Virus record (IMG/VR): IMGVR_UViG_3300031994_000047
Span: 1-64,000 of that record
Length of the DNA stretch: 64,000 bases
Origin: a virus
Taxonomy: Duplodnaviria; Caudoviricetes
Direction: 5' to 3' (one strand)
Of the stretch, positions 36,257-49,493 are shown piece by piece (positions within the stretch are counted from its first letter, which is position 1; each line of letters opens with the position of its first letter). The position numbers and the translations under genes were made by a program. The notes beneath the pieces were generated by a model that saw only the letters and a list, made by a program, of their open reading frames with translations, was not told where the DNA came from and made no database searches.

Positions 36257-37840
36257 TTAGAAATAGCGATAATCTAGCTTAAATGTAGAAGTTACATCAT
36301 CAGCAGAAAGAATCGACATTGATGCCGGATTCCAAGCAGGAATCGTCACCGAAGGGATTCCAGTAGATGTTGAACTAATATAAATAACATAAGTTGCATC
36401 TGGTTGTATTTTTGGACTAATAGCACCGTTCTGAACATTCTCATATAAACTAATCTACTAATCACATAAAAAAGGAGTTGCTTTTATAACTCTATTTAAT
36501 GAGCTTGGAGCAGTCGCACCACTACTTGGAGTACAAAAAACAGAAACCCAATAATTAGTTCCCGAACCACGCCCTCTATTTTTAAAGAAAGTAAAATAAC
36601 TTGTTACTTCCGCGCCGAGTGCAGCCTCCGCAGGATAGTCATTCTTATCAAAATAAAACTCAGTAGGAGTTGAAAAAACTATTGTTGCGTTTTGTGCTGA
36701 CTCTAATGTTGAACCGCCTTTAAAAACCCACTCATTACTTGTATTTTCAAAAGGACCATAACCAAAACCAAATGTATCACCAACATAGTTCTAAGCACTA
36801 CTAAGACTCGTTTCTGTCATAAAAATAACTCGATTGGTAGGTCGTTTTGTCGGCTCTATCCAACCTTTAGTTCTATTACCAATTATTTCCACCTTTATTT
36901 CGCGCCCATCACTAATTGGTAAATTACCAAAGGTTCCAGATATAATATAACTATTATAAATAGTTCCAGTTGGAACTCTTTCGAAATTTGCTCCTTTTAT
37001 AAGATGTCTTTCCATATCAATCAATATAAAATCATCATTTGTATTAAGTTTTGTAGTTATCGCGCCCAATTGAAGGATATAAAGATTTTCATCACCAGCA
37101 GAGATCCTTAAAGTTAAAGGCTCTTCCATAAGTTCAAAAGGAATATAAATTTTATATTCTGCTGGATAGTCTCCATTATTATATAACACAAGCTTTTTAT
37201 CAGTAAAGTCTTGCGGACCAGCTTCTAAACCACTTGCTTCCGCCCACTCGCCAATATTCGGATAGTTAAATTCATCATACTGTGACAAATATGGATGCAC
37301 AGCCCGCGCGAAAGGATCGTAGCAAATGAAGTTTATTGTACCCTCACCTTTATATACCCTTTCAAAAATTGGAGTAACCTCATCTTCTCTCACTCCAACT
37401 TCCTCATCAAAACACACATACTTAACTTGAAGAGGCTACTGTAACTTAACAGTATAAGCCTTGAAAGGATACTCATCAAAAATTAATTCTCCCATATTCT
37501 TTCCATCAAAGCGTTTTCTCAAGGCGCGCAGTTGTGTCTCAGACATATGGTCAAATGCAAATGAAACTTGGATCTAACGCGCATTATAAAAACTCTCGAA
37601 GTAATAAGCCCCATCACGCCCAGGGGCTTGATAGGTCTTATCTTGAAAAGGGGGAGAAGTTATGTCATTATATCTTGAACCGTCACTGACACGAGTAATC
37701 CCAAAGTCGCTTGAGTGAACCCAATCAGAACACACTCTAGGTTTTGGTTCATCTTCAGTGGAAGGCTCAATCTCTTCAAAAGTTTCGCCAGGTAACACAA
37801 AGCAGAAACCTTCGAAATCTACTCTTTTAAATCTTTCCAT
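36257..37840 (-). CDS. Distal tail (Dit-like) protein (TAG=Gln)
   Basis: PGRDG, ELIFDEYP, FICYDPFA, NNGD motifs; directly after tape measure. Confidence 0.7.
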
Positions 37841-37901
37841 TGTCTTTCCTCCTTTAAACTCCTTTCTATTATAAGTGAGATTTTTGGACTATGTATAAAG
37901 A

Positions 37902-37930
37902 GAAATGGGTCATCGAAATGACCCATTCTC
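37902..37930 (-). terminator. Stem-loop after tape measure gene
   Basis: aatgggtcat-cgaa-atgacccatt. Confidence 0.6.
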
Positions 37931-37940
37931 ATATTTTGTT

Positions 37941-40900
37941 TTATCGGAGATAGCTTATGACGCGTGTGTTACGGTATTGTCCATCTTGGTAAATTTGTTG
38001 TTTAATGCGCGCGGCAAGTTGGTCTACGTCGTAATCAGATCCAATGTCGGCATCGATTTTTATGTCGAAGTATGTGTCACCAGTTAAGGAGTTTTGTTGA
38101 GTTGGATCGAAGTTACGAAGAATATCGCGGAGAGCGATAAAGTTTTGAGAATCGGATGGGTCTAGGACGACTTCGGGATGGGATTTTGTACCATCGAGCC
38201 AAGCAGGACCAGTAAAGTCTGCGAGACCACCTGCCTAATAGGTGAACCCAGCATTTGTGAGTTTTTTTCGAGTATATTCTGCCCAATCTTTCCAACTTGA
38301 GTAATTCCAAATATAGGGAACTTTAACACTTCCAGAAGGTCTAAGATCCTTTTCCCCAGTCTTCACGCCAGGCAAATCCATAAAATTAAGATCCTTTAGA
38401 GCGTTCCAAATATCTGTTGGCATTAAATTCCCCTAAGACCAGTCCCACACATAATATGGATGATATAAACGAGAGCTATGATCGAGTTCATATCTTAACT
38501 TAGTTAATTTATCATACGTCTTTGTTATTGTATCATCGCTCCAAGTATTAACCTATTTTTCATCATAAAATTCGCTTTGCAAAATAGAATTCATTTTTCG
38601 ATAAATGTCACCATCTCTAATAAGATTTTCTTCACTCTCAGAAATATTATCTTGACTAGTATTCTATTCTCCATTAGTTTCCTAAGTTATCTTATTTCTA
38701 TTTCGTCTATTTTCAGCCGTCACGCCCATCTCTACAAGATCATAAATATATCCTTTTTCATTTCGTGCTTTGTTTAATAGATAAGAAGGCTATAGCTCTG
38801 GCTCTGATCCAAAAACTCCCTTTTGTTCATCGTACATAAGTCTATTCCAATCATCATAACCATAAATTTTATTTATTGCTTTTTTTGCTTCTTCTTCATC
38901 AAAAATATCTTTTGTACCTGGCTCTTCACCATCGCCAATAGACTAATTGCCCGTCTTATCAGCATCTTCTTTAGCTTTTGGTATCTTTTTTCCAAGTTCA
39001 ACTAAATCGCCATCTGTTGCTAATTTATTACCTTTTGAGATATCTTTATTTATTTTTGTGGCACTTAATCCGCTTTCAATTTCTGTTTCTAAATCAGAAG
39101 TCCACTTTTTCTATTGCGCATCAGTCATACCAAAAAATCCGTCTGCAGCCTATAAACGGCCAATAATTGATTTATCACCATTACTAAGCGCATCCTTCAA
39201 GTCTTGAATGTCTTTAGCTTTCCCGCCTTCTTGCCACATCTTATACTGACTCTATAAAACTTCAAGCTAATCAGTCTAAACTTTCATAACTTCTTCATTC
39301 TAAGTCTCAATCTCTTTCAGCGCGCTATCTACAATTCCATCAATATAAGACTCTCTTTTTGCATCCAATTCCTTCTAAGTCTTCATAATCTCAAGGCCAT
39401 TTGCGCCAGTCGTATCTCTCTATAAATACGCAAGTCGATTCTCAAGTTCAGCAACTTCTTCTTCTTTTTTCGTGTTCTCTCTTATTTCTCTCTCAAGATC
39501 AATACTCTTCCTTAATTCATCAACAATTCTCTAATTACTTTGCTAAATTGCGTCATTTAATGCTTCTTGATCTTCAATTCTTTGTTCCCATTCTTTCTCT
39601 AGCATATTTCCAAGACGATCTTCAAGAGTAATAATATCTTCGAGTCTTTCATCTTGTAAAGCCTTTAAATCATCAGTATTCTCATAAATCTCATCTTCTT
39701 TCTTACGAACCAAATCAACCGCTTTTTGTAACTCTTCACGATATTTATCTGCTGCTTCTGAATCATCTTTATCTGTCAATTTTGTATACGCATCGGTCAT
39801 CTAAATGGTTCCAAACTCATCAACAGTAAAGTATTTCTATTGCTCAGCATATGTATGATCGACGCCGTTTTCATCTATCCAATGCTTGTTTCCAATATTC
39901 GCAAGTTCTTCCTTAGCAATTTCAAGTTCATTTTCCAAATTCTATCTTTGAAGCTATAATGCAGAAATCTCAAGCTCGCGCGCAGTTGTAACCTTTTGAA
40001 TATCAAGAGTTCCATCTGCAAGAAGTGCATTATATTCTCTCTAGTATTTTGAACGTTCTCTTTGAAGAGTAACTTGAATTTGATCCAAGTTATAAAGACG
40101 ATCAATTTCATGAATAAAAGTCTCAAGACCTTTCGCGCCATTTTCAGTAGCAGTAATAAGATTCTTTAATGACTTTCCAAGATTCTCAGTACCTTCACCA
40201 TATTTCTTTTCAAGCTTTATGATATCTTCCCAAGCAATTCCTACTGCTAATGCTCTTTCTATAAGAATATCTGTAGCAGTATTTGAGATAAAATCTAATT
40301 CTTGAATTGTGTCTTGTATAGCAAGTTGAGCATCTGTTAAACCTTCATTATATGACTAAAGATATCCAACTACTTCTTTTGCAGTTTCTGGCTTAATAAA
40401 CCAAGTTCCATCTTGCTTAAATGCTTTACCTTCAATATAATCTCCCATATGTGAATATAGGTTCTAATATTCTTCTTCTGTTAGCCCCTTATTTAACTGA
40501 AGTTTTAAAGCAATATCTACGAATTCTTGCCACTGGTCGGTTGTTTGCGCCATCTTACGACCAGCCTTTTCGCCATCTTTATACAGGATCTTAATTAATG
40601 CATCAAAATCTTTTAAATCTACGCCTAAACTTTTAAGATAGTTGATAAACTATTGAACCGCAGGCATACCTTCTTTTGTTATATCAATACCTATTAAAGC
40701 CTAAGCAGCAATTTGTTGATTCTTACTAGATAGCTCATTAAAACTAAACTAAACACCAGAAGATTGTCTATGAACAGCTTCAGACTATTCCTTCGTTAAT
40801 CCATTGATCATATTATCCGCAAGCCCTTGTAAAATATCAAGAAGTCTACTTCCACCTGCTTTTTTATAATCATCTATAAAACTATTCAATTGTTCTTTTG

Positions 40901-43900
40901 TTATAGTCCCAGCTTCAAATTCTGTTAAAAATTTTGAATTATTATTAAGTAAAGCATCTGATTCTAATTCAGCTATTTTTTCTGGAAACCTTGCTATTTC
41001 TTTTATTATATCCTGATTAAAGAGTGTTTTTGTCTTATACAAACCCGCTTTAGATAAGTCATCCTCTAAAATTCCTATATTATTTTCAATTAAATGTTCA
41101 TAATATTCTGGATCAAAATAAGTATTTGTTATAATTTCAGCTAATTTATCTCCATTACCAAAAATGTTAAGATCAATCATCGCTTTTTCAAAAGCTTTTT
41201 TAACATTATCACTTTCACCGCTTAAAATAGCAGAAGCAATATCATCTAATTCTTCGGCGGTAACTTCTCTATCTGCTAGTCCACTCCAAAGTCCATAAGA
41301 ACTTCCAATTAATTCATTAAATTCTGTTATACTACGATCTTTTATGGCTTGCTATATATCTTTATAGTTTGCAACTCTAAGTGTAAGTGGGCTTCCTATA
41401 AAATGTTCCCACCACTGAATGCCAGTTGTAATTCCTCCAGAGCTTGCAATAGATGTCATTTCTTTATTTTCTGCTAGTGCGGCATTGTAATCTTCATAGG
41501 CTCTTTGAATATTAGACTGTCTTAGTTTAGACATCTCTGCTCTAAGACCTTCTTCGCCACCCTCTTTAAGTTTCCATTCGCCGTTTTCATAGGTAAAGAA
41601 CTCTCTTAATCTAGGAATTGTCTTTAAAAGATTATTAACTGTATCATTTACTTTTTGTACTGATTGATTCCATTCATCGGTACCTTTTACTAACTCAGTA
41701 GTCTATTTTGAATATTCTGTTGTTAAGGTATCTAAAGCCTTCTCACAAGTATCGATTTCTTTGTTGGTCTCTTCAATTTTTTCTTTTAATTCTTCTTGCT
41801 TCTCTCTTAACTCATCAATTCTTCTTGAACTTGCGTTTGCAGCATCTGAAAAAGCTTTAATTGCTACAACTGCTCCCGCAATAACCGCAGCAATTCCAAG
41901 TATCCACCAAAAAGCCGCTTGCATAATAACTCCTTTACCAGCAGCCTTTAAAGATTCATTACCTAAAGCCTAAATTGCTTGTCCTACTACTGGTAAAATG
42001 GCGCCGACAACCGATAATGCAGTACCAACTGTAGTTATTGCCTTACCAAAATCAGAAGTCTATTCTGGGTCCATCGCCGCAGAAAGCATTACTAGTGCAG
42101 TACCAGCCGTTGATAAAGCCATACCCATTTTTTGAGTATCTACAGTAGTCTTTTGAGTTGTTAATCCAAATTCTAAGAATACCTTATCAACATTTTCTGC
42201 TGACATACCAGTTGCAACTAAATTATTTCGTAAAGTTTCCACACTTCCATTAGCAGACTCAACCGCTTGAATCATCTAGCCAGTCTTTTCAGGATCTAAA
42301 TTAGATTTTGTAATTAAACCATTCTAGCCAAATAGAAGATTATCTTGCTAATCAGAGCCGAAAGTTTTTTTCGCTAAAAAAGATGTCTTATTAAACCCAA
42401 TTAAATTTTTAAAAGATCTTTTCTAACCTACTCCACTAACATTGGTCTTTTTTATCTCGCCTTCTACCGCAGCTTTAAATGCTTTTCCAGCTTCGGTTCC
42501 AGCCTCTCTAAATATTTTATTAATACTTCCAAAAAGTCCATTAAACACAGTTCTTGCAACCTTAAATCCACTCCAAAGCATTAGAATCTTTGGAAGAATT
42601 CCAGCCCAGCCATTTAATCCTTTTGTAATATTATTAATCGCATTAATAATACCAGTCAAGATATCTACAACACCCTTCACAAGATCAGATTCCATTAATC
42701 CCATCGTAAAGGTATCATACGCATTTTGCAAACGATTTAATTTACTATCTAATGAATCTAGAGTCTTTCCAAATTGCTCATTAGATGCTCCAGCTGAATT
42801 TTCAGCAATGCTTACAAGTTCTTGTGTGCGCGCATAGTCTTGCATAAGTGCAATAAAACGCGATTGCTAACGCGAACCTGCCGCTTGTGTTGCAATATAT
42901 CTCTATTGAACAGTGCTTAAAGTATCCCATTTCTCTGAAAGTTTCATAAGAATAGAATCCAAACCTTCAGTTCCCGCGAAGAAACCAGACATATCAATTC
43001 CCGCAACTTCTCTCAAAGCCGCAGAAATCTTGTTAAGATTTATAACTTCTCCTTCTTCATCTGTTCCAGTCAGTCCACCTTCAGAAGCAAGTTTTTTAAC
43101 TTCACCAAATCTAGAAACAATAGTTTTTAATGCGGTACCAGCAGTCTCAGGAGATTCTTGTGTAGTTTCAATAATCTATGTTAAGAATGCAGAAGTTGTT
43201 TCAAATTCCATACCCGCCGACTTAGCAAGTGAAGCAACTTTAGTCATAGCAGTTGAAATTTCATCCACATTAGCCGCAGCTTTAGCCGCAAGAGCAGAAT
43301 AAACATTATTGATACGTCCCGCACTAGCTTCATTAATTTCCATATTAAAACCACGCAAGGCGTTCGTCATACGTTTTGTAGCATCTTCCGCACCGAGTCC
43401 CGCAATACGAGCCATTTTTAGGGTTTCATTAGAAACTGCCATAACTTCATTTGTTTTTAAGCCCTATTGATAAAACAAAGTAGCAGACTCATATGCATCA
43501 TGAACCGATACACCAAGTTCATTTGCTCTACGTGTATATTCTGGTAACTGTGACCACATATCTCCAACAGAGAAGTTTGTAACCACAGCCGCTTCTGTCA
43601 TAACTTTGTCAAGGTCTTTAATAGTTGCAAAAGCCGAACGAGCCGCGCGCTTTAAAAGATTAATAGCATTTGCAGCGCCAAAGAAATAAGTAATTTTGTT
43701 TTTAAAATTCTCCATTTCTTGGTTCATTTCATTTTGAGCCTTTGCCGCGCCGAGCTATTCTTGAGTCATATTATCGAGCGCTTGAGCACCCTATTTTAAC
43801 TCTCCAGTCTAAGCATCTATATATGCGTTGCCTTCGGCAAGTGCTTGCGCATAAAGCTTCGCAATTTCAGCGTTCTAGCCATCAACAATGCCTAAACGCT

Positions 43901-44543
43901 ATTTAACCTCTGCTAAATTCTATGCTTTTTTAAGAGCATATTCCATCGCAGCAGCTAAATCTCGCATTTCTTTTGCATTAAAACCGCCGGCCTTGTTGAG
44001 TTTGGAAGTTGCTGTTATTGCAGCTTGTGCCGCCGCAAAATCTCCACTTCCCATTGCAGATTCAAAAGTGCCGACCGTTCCAGGAAGTTTTGTAGTGATT
44101 GCTGCTTTCGCGCGCTAATACTTTGTATTCTTCGCTTTAATAGATTTTGCCGCAATTGCGCCAATTTCAGTCTATGTCTATTTTATTGAATTATTGATGT
44201 CATCAATCTATTGTTTTACACTCGCACTAAAAAAATCTTTTAATTTATCCTTTGGAATTTTATTTAAAAGTTCTGTTAAATGCGTCCAAGTATCGCCAAT
44301 TTGTTTACTAGCCGTATTAAAAGCATTAATATCTTTATTGTCTTTTAGTCCGCGCGCGAGTGCCGCTCCAGCTTTCGCACCAGCATCCTCAATTTTTGTA
44401 AACGCTTTTGAGAAAGATGACTAAAGTTTTTCAGGTACGCCTAATTTATTTAGAAATTCTTGAAGTTGCTTAGTTTTTGTAAGAGCGTCTTGAATGTCAG
44501 TTACTACATTAAACTAAACAACTCTTTCAATTTTATCTGCCAT
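37941..44543 (-). CDS. Tape measure protein, ~2200 aa (many TAG=Gln)
   Basis: Nine ORF fragments in one frame; TP901-type core (AANVDEISTAM, AGTALKTIVSRF, AAGSR(Q)QSRF); Ala/Lys helical composition, TM segment. Confidence 0.88.
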
Positions 44544-44557
44544 TCTCCTTCAACTCC

Positions 44558-45340
44558 TTATATATCACTATTAATATCATCATTCAAAACTAAGAACTCG
44601 ATAATATGTGATTGACCTCTTTGTCCCACTGGAATAGCGCGTCCCTAAAAATCTAAAACATATGGATTACCATTTCTTCCAAGCATAAGACTTAAAGTAC
44701 TTGTAATTTTAATTTTTGGGATTCGTATAATTCCAGTTTTTATAACTCCACTTACATCATCTTTTACTTTTGTTTGTCCTTCCAAATAAATATATCCATT
44801 AAATAATCTCTAGTCAAATAAAAACGCATTATAACCATTATTATAATTATAGTTATAATAAACGCTTACTTCTTTAAAAGCATCATTAATTTTTATGCTT
44901 CGCGCGCTAAGTATTTCATATTGTAACTTTTCTCCAGTATTAAAATCATATATAAAAAGCAAATCGGCAAAATCTTTTGAAAGCGTTATAATTCCTTCTG
45001 CTGAACTCTCGAGATGTTCAGTAGTACTAATTTCAATTCGATCTAATTCCGAAGACTGAATAAGTCGTGAATTTTTCAAAAGTGCTAATTGCTCATTTGT
45101 CATTGTGCCTTTTGAAAATTGAAGATTAATTTCTTTTACTGTATTCCAAAAAACCCAACTTCTGTTGCCAAATCCACCATCTGCGCTCACAAACTCAGAA
45201 CTTTCTTGTAATCCAAATATTTCCAAATGATCGAAAAAAGCAATTGGCTCATTTTTCTCGATCTGTCGATTGCCTACTTGGAACGGATAGGTCGCGCGCA
45301 GAGTTATGTTATCGATTTCTCGAAAAGTAAATTCTGACAT
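44558..45340 (-). CDS. Diverged tail-tube-like protein (TAG=Gln)
   Basis: FFDHLEI..ADGGFGN..W..KEI and IIRIPKIK..GNPYV align with major tail protein motifs. Confidence 0.6.
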
Positions 45341-45412
45341 TCCTTTTTCTCCTTATAATAATAAAAGGTGAAGGAGTTTTACCTCCTCCACCCATTTTTA
45401 GTTTTTATGTTT

Positions 45413-46279
45413 TTAGGTACCAGGATTTTTTAAATCGTGGTTATGAATTAAAGTATGTGTAGCAGTTGTAGCATTTCCAGTCACATCATACTTAATCAAT
45501 TTCATCATAACTTTATCAGCAGGACGAAGCACTGTCAAGTTAAGATTGAAAACAGAAGGATCTCCACCAGCTTCAAGAGTTAGAGTGTTTTCAGCAGAAA
45601 CTTTTGCCTTAGGAATAACGATCTGGAAGAACTCATCCTCACCAGATGCTTCATTTCTTGCATAAGTATCACCAACCACATAGTAGGTACCGGGGAAAGT
45701 ATCAGCAGAAATTTCAATAATACCATAATTCTTAGCAACAACATCATAATTAATGAAAAGTCTGTCATTAGCACTTACTGTTGCATTAGATAGTAATGCA
45801 CTACCATTTGCATCAAAAACTTTTACATCAAAAGCTTGAGGTTCAGAACTTATCGTTGGTGCTGTTGTACTAAGAGTTGCCTTAGCCATCTTTCCATTTC
45901 CAAGATCAATGGTTAAGCCATCAACCATTGCTGAAACAGTAGTTTCTGATCCAACAGTATAAGTCATAGTTCTCATGATATACGGAGAAGAAACCGATTC
46001 ATAAACATTTCCGTCACCATACATAACTGCAAGAGACTTCGCAGAGAAAAGCGCATCCTCAAGAGTCACTGTAATCTCTTTTCCATAGTCCCACATGATA
46101 AGAGGCGCATTACCCTTACCACCTTGAGCCATAGTAGTTTCAGCAGTAGTCTCAACAGTAGAGATCTTCAAAGTATCCAAGAAAAGAACTGGAACAGTAG
46201 GAAAACCAGCGCTGTTCAACTTATAGAAGGTAACATCGCAGACTTCTTGAATACCATATTTATCTAAAATACTTGCCAT
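45413..46279 (-). CDS. Major tail tube protein
   Basis: Position before tape measure, highly expressed codon usage, no TAG, downstream stem-loop at ~45366-45393. Confidence 0.75.
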   Translation of the reverse strand: MASILDKYGIQEVCDVTFYKLNSAGFPTVPVLFLDTLKISTVETTAETTMAQGGKGNAPLIMWDYGKEITVTLEDALFSAKSLAVMYGDGNVYESVSSPYIMRTMTYTVGSETTVSAMVDGLTIDLGNGKMAKATLSTTAPTISSEPQAFDVKVFDANGSALLSNATVSANDRLFINYDVVAKNYGIIEISADTFPGTYYVVGDTYARNEASGEDEFFQIVIPKAKVSAENTLTLEAGGDPSVFNLNLTVLRPADKVMMKLIKYDVTGNATTATHTLIHNHDLKNPGT

Positions 46280-46299
46280 TTATAGCCTCCTATTAAATT

Positions 46300-47031
46300 T
46301 TATTCTAAATTCGTCACCCAATATTTTGGATGAACCTTTTTACTATCAGCGCCCGCAAGTAAGGATTTAATATCAAGATCATATTTTTCTTTCTCTTGAT
46401 ATCTCTATAACAACATTTGCGCCGCCGCATAACTTAACTCTCCGATATTAAGTGGAGTTATTCCACAATTCATAAAGCAAAGTGAAGACATTAAAGTCTC
46501 AAGTGTAATGCCACCATTTTTTTGCTTTGCTTTAATTCTATCTCTCAATCGCGCCTTCGCTTTCATCTCTGCAATACGCGGATTAAGTTTTTTGTCTAAC
46601 TTCTCAACTATCTTCTCACCAAGCGCCGCTCTAACGCAATTCTAAAAATCAAAATAGTCTTCTTCAGTTAAAAACCTTAAATTATCTCGTTTCTTTTTGT
46701 TAGTAATATCTCCAATTAGAAGCTATTTCCTTTCATACAAAAAGAACACATCTTCCCGAATAAAAAACTTAAAAGCGGCGACAACTAAATCTTTCATTTT
46801 CTAATCATAAATTGCAAGATTAAAAAGTTGTTCAAAAGGAGAAAGCATTTGAGACAAATCAATTTTATTCTCAACATAAGAATCTTCTATATCTTCTCTC
46901 GTCACTGTTAAAATTTGACGATAGAGAGAAAAATTCTCACAAGTTATAATTTCTCTTATTGTAGGAGGATATACATAACAGATATCTTTAAACTTTAGTG
47001 GCGCGCCAATGAATAAAGCTTCTTTATTCAT
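46300..47031 (-). CDS. Tail-module protein, possible assembly chaperone (TAG=Gln)
   Basis: 243 aa under code 15 ending LLAGADSKKVHPKYWVTNLE; gene order. Confidence 0.55.
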
Positions 47032-47518
47032 AAGTAGACACCTCAAAATTCATTTCATAGCAAGAAATTTCATCAGTTAAAAAGTTAATTGAGAACTCTC
47101 CGCCCCGAATTTTCCCAAGCCCATTAACAGATTTATTGTTTAAAGATTTTTCTATTTCTCCCATAATTGCGAAGGGGCGCAAATTAGAGTCTTTTATAAA
47201 CCACTACGTTAATGGTACAAAAACCTCAATTGCAAGCGACAAATCCTAAACTTCAGAATTAGTCGGATTTGTTTCTCCTCTTACAACTCTTAAAGAAATA
47301 ATACTTTGCGCCGTTTCTTTATATGCAATTCTAGGAACAATCTTAATGAGCTTCTCGTACACTTCTGATTTAATCTATTCTTCTGTTAGATCAGCGCCCG
47401 CCGCAGGATCCTTATCAGTATAATACAGAAGCTTCACAAGATTCTAATTATTCATTAGACGAGTTACAATTCTTTGTAACACAATTCCTAATTCTCCAAG
47501 GTCTCTAACATTACTCAT
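47024..47518 (-). CDS. Putative tail completion/terminator protein (TAG=Gln)
   Basis: 164 aa under code 15, AGGAGG RBS; gene order. Confidence 0.55.
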
Positions 47519-48249
47519 TAGTTATTACCTCCTTGAAGCCAATAGAAATCTTCATCATCTTCTGGCGTACTAGGATCTGGTTTTTGAGGCGGCGCGCTTA
47601 AATCAAATTCGTAAACAGGATCAATAGTTACATACTCTACATTCTCAGTAGACTATATATCATAACCAGTAACTCTATAATATTCCTAAAAGGGCTTTTC
47701 TCCTACAATAAAATAGTCATCTCTTCTTACATACTAATTGCGCGGCATAATAAAGAAACTCGTCTTCAGATTCTCAGCATAAATAGTGTCCATACGACTA
47801 CGAGATCGAATCTCATTCTTTAACATATTATCTTCTTGCCCATACATATATGCCCAAGATGTTTGCGCGCTACCGTCGCGCGCAGACCAGGTCAAGTAAT
47901 GTGTCATTCGTAACATAATGTAACGATTATATCCACTTGCCTTAATCCTTTCGATATAATATACCATCCAAGGCTTCAATTCATTATCTTTATTTGGAAG
48001 CATAAGAATTGTCCCACCTGGCATATTTAAATTTACATTTGTTAAAAGATAATGTAAAGTTTCAGTTTCATCCTATTTATACTTTTCAAAGCTTCCGACG
48101 TGTTCCGCACCATCATACTCAAATTTTATACGATAAACAGATCTAGCGAGATAAAGTTCAAAGCCTTTCTCTCGCTCGGTCTGGATTCTTGACTAATAAT
48201 CAATCCCATATCGGTTTAATCTAAGAGTATAGATATCATAATATTTCAT
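47518..48249 (-). CDS. Putative head closure/adaptor protein (TAG=Gln)
   Basis: 243 aa under code 15; gene order. Confidence 0.55.
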
Positions 48250-48506
48250 TATCCATCCTCCTTAGATATTAATCCCATACAATCAAAAATCGTCTTTCTA
48301 AAATACTCGTATCGAAGATATCTTAGAGAGTTCAATTTATTAAGTAAAATATAATAGTTGATTGTTTTTTGATCTTCTTGAAAACCAAGAAGTTCAATAA
48401 CTAAAGAATCTAAATAAGGAAGCCACTCTCCTCCTTTTTCAAATTCGCACAAAAGTCCAAATAGTCGATTCTTTAGTTTGTTAGAATAGCCTTCTGCTAG
48501 TTTCAT
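48249..48506 (-). CDS. Hypothetical virion-module protein
   Basis: 85 aa, overlapping neighbours. Confidence 0.6.
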   Translation of the reverse strand: MKLAEGYSNKLKNRLFGLLCEFEKGGEWLPYLDSLVIELLGFQEDQKTINYYILLNKLNSLRYLRYEYFRKTIFDCMGLISKEDG

Positions 48507-48934
48507 TCTACCTTTGAGGCTAATTGAGTATAATCGAAACTTTTCTTTTTAATAGAGCGGTAATACTTAGCTTCGAGCTTCTCAGCATTTTTTCTTTCTG
48601 CGGCAAGCATCTAGTTAAATTTATCGAGCAAGTTCGCTTGAGAGAAATCCCTTTCAATATACAAGGGTTTTACATTTTCCCAAGTCAAAATTGTTCTATT
48701 TAGCCATTCACATTTCATATAGGTTGCAAGAATCTAGATCTCATCATTCGTTAGAGTATCTACAAATCCCGCTTCTGTATAATCAAGTGAAACTCTAGGG
48801 AACTTAAATTGAACAAGAGCCGCGCCAAGTAGTTGAAACAAATCTTCTTCAACTTGTGTTTCTTCCCATAGTTCCCATTCATCATCGAGAATTTTACTTA
48901 AAAATGCTGCATAAACTTCATCAAAAGAGGTCAT
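48503..48934 (-). CDS. Putative head-tail connector (TAG=Gln)
   Basis: MTSFDEVYAAFLSKI..LTNDEI(Q)ILATYM; 143 aa. Confidence 0.6.
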
Positions 48935-48937
48935 TTA

Positions 48938-49414
48938 TTATCCCTCCTGATTCATCTTCTTTAACCTCACAGCGCCGATAATATCTCTACCTGTAAGCTC
49001 CTTCAGAAATTCGTTCTTTTCAAAATCTAAAAGATGATTATCAATAGCATAATCAATTAAAAATCCAATTTGTTCAAGCGAAAGAGCCTTAACTTTTTCT
49101 TTAAATTCATCAAATGGCATAATTGTCATATAATTGCGCCGTTCCTTATCACTTAAAACAATAATATTAACTGGTTCGGTTGCATCTTCTGGTTCAAGTC
49201 CAAGTTCTTGCTTTTCAGTAAGATCTTCAATATATAATATTCCATTATCAATTGCATATTTTACACCAGGATAGTATAAAAGTTGTTCAAGCACTTCTTT
49301 TTCAATGTAAAAACTACTACCAGGCTGCCACATATGACGAAATCTTATTTCGGGCAAATAAATACCCGCAGGACTATTACTAACATTAGTAACCTTAATT
49401 TTGTTGTTTTCCAT
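48938..49414 (-). CDS. Hypothetical protein downstream of capsid
   Basis: AAGGAG RBS, 158 aa. Confidence 0.65.
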   Translation of the reverse strand: MENNKIKVTNVSNSPAGIYLPEIRFRHMWQPGSSFYIEKEVLEQLLYYPGVKYAIDNGILYIEDLTEKQELGLEPEDATEPVNIIVLSDKERRNYMTIMPFDEFKEKVKALSLEQIGFLIDYAIDNHLLDFEKNEFLKELTGRDIIGAVRLKKMNQEG

Positions 49415-49442
49415 TATACTCCTTTAACTCCTTTTTAAAGAA

Positions 49443-49462
49443 GGGAGGAGTTTCCTCCTCCC
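49443..49462 (-). terminator. Stem-loop after major capsid gene
   Basis: gggaggag-tttc-ctcctccc. Confidence 0.6.
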
Positions 49463-49493
49463 CTCAAATTTATAATATATTAGATCTTATAGA

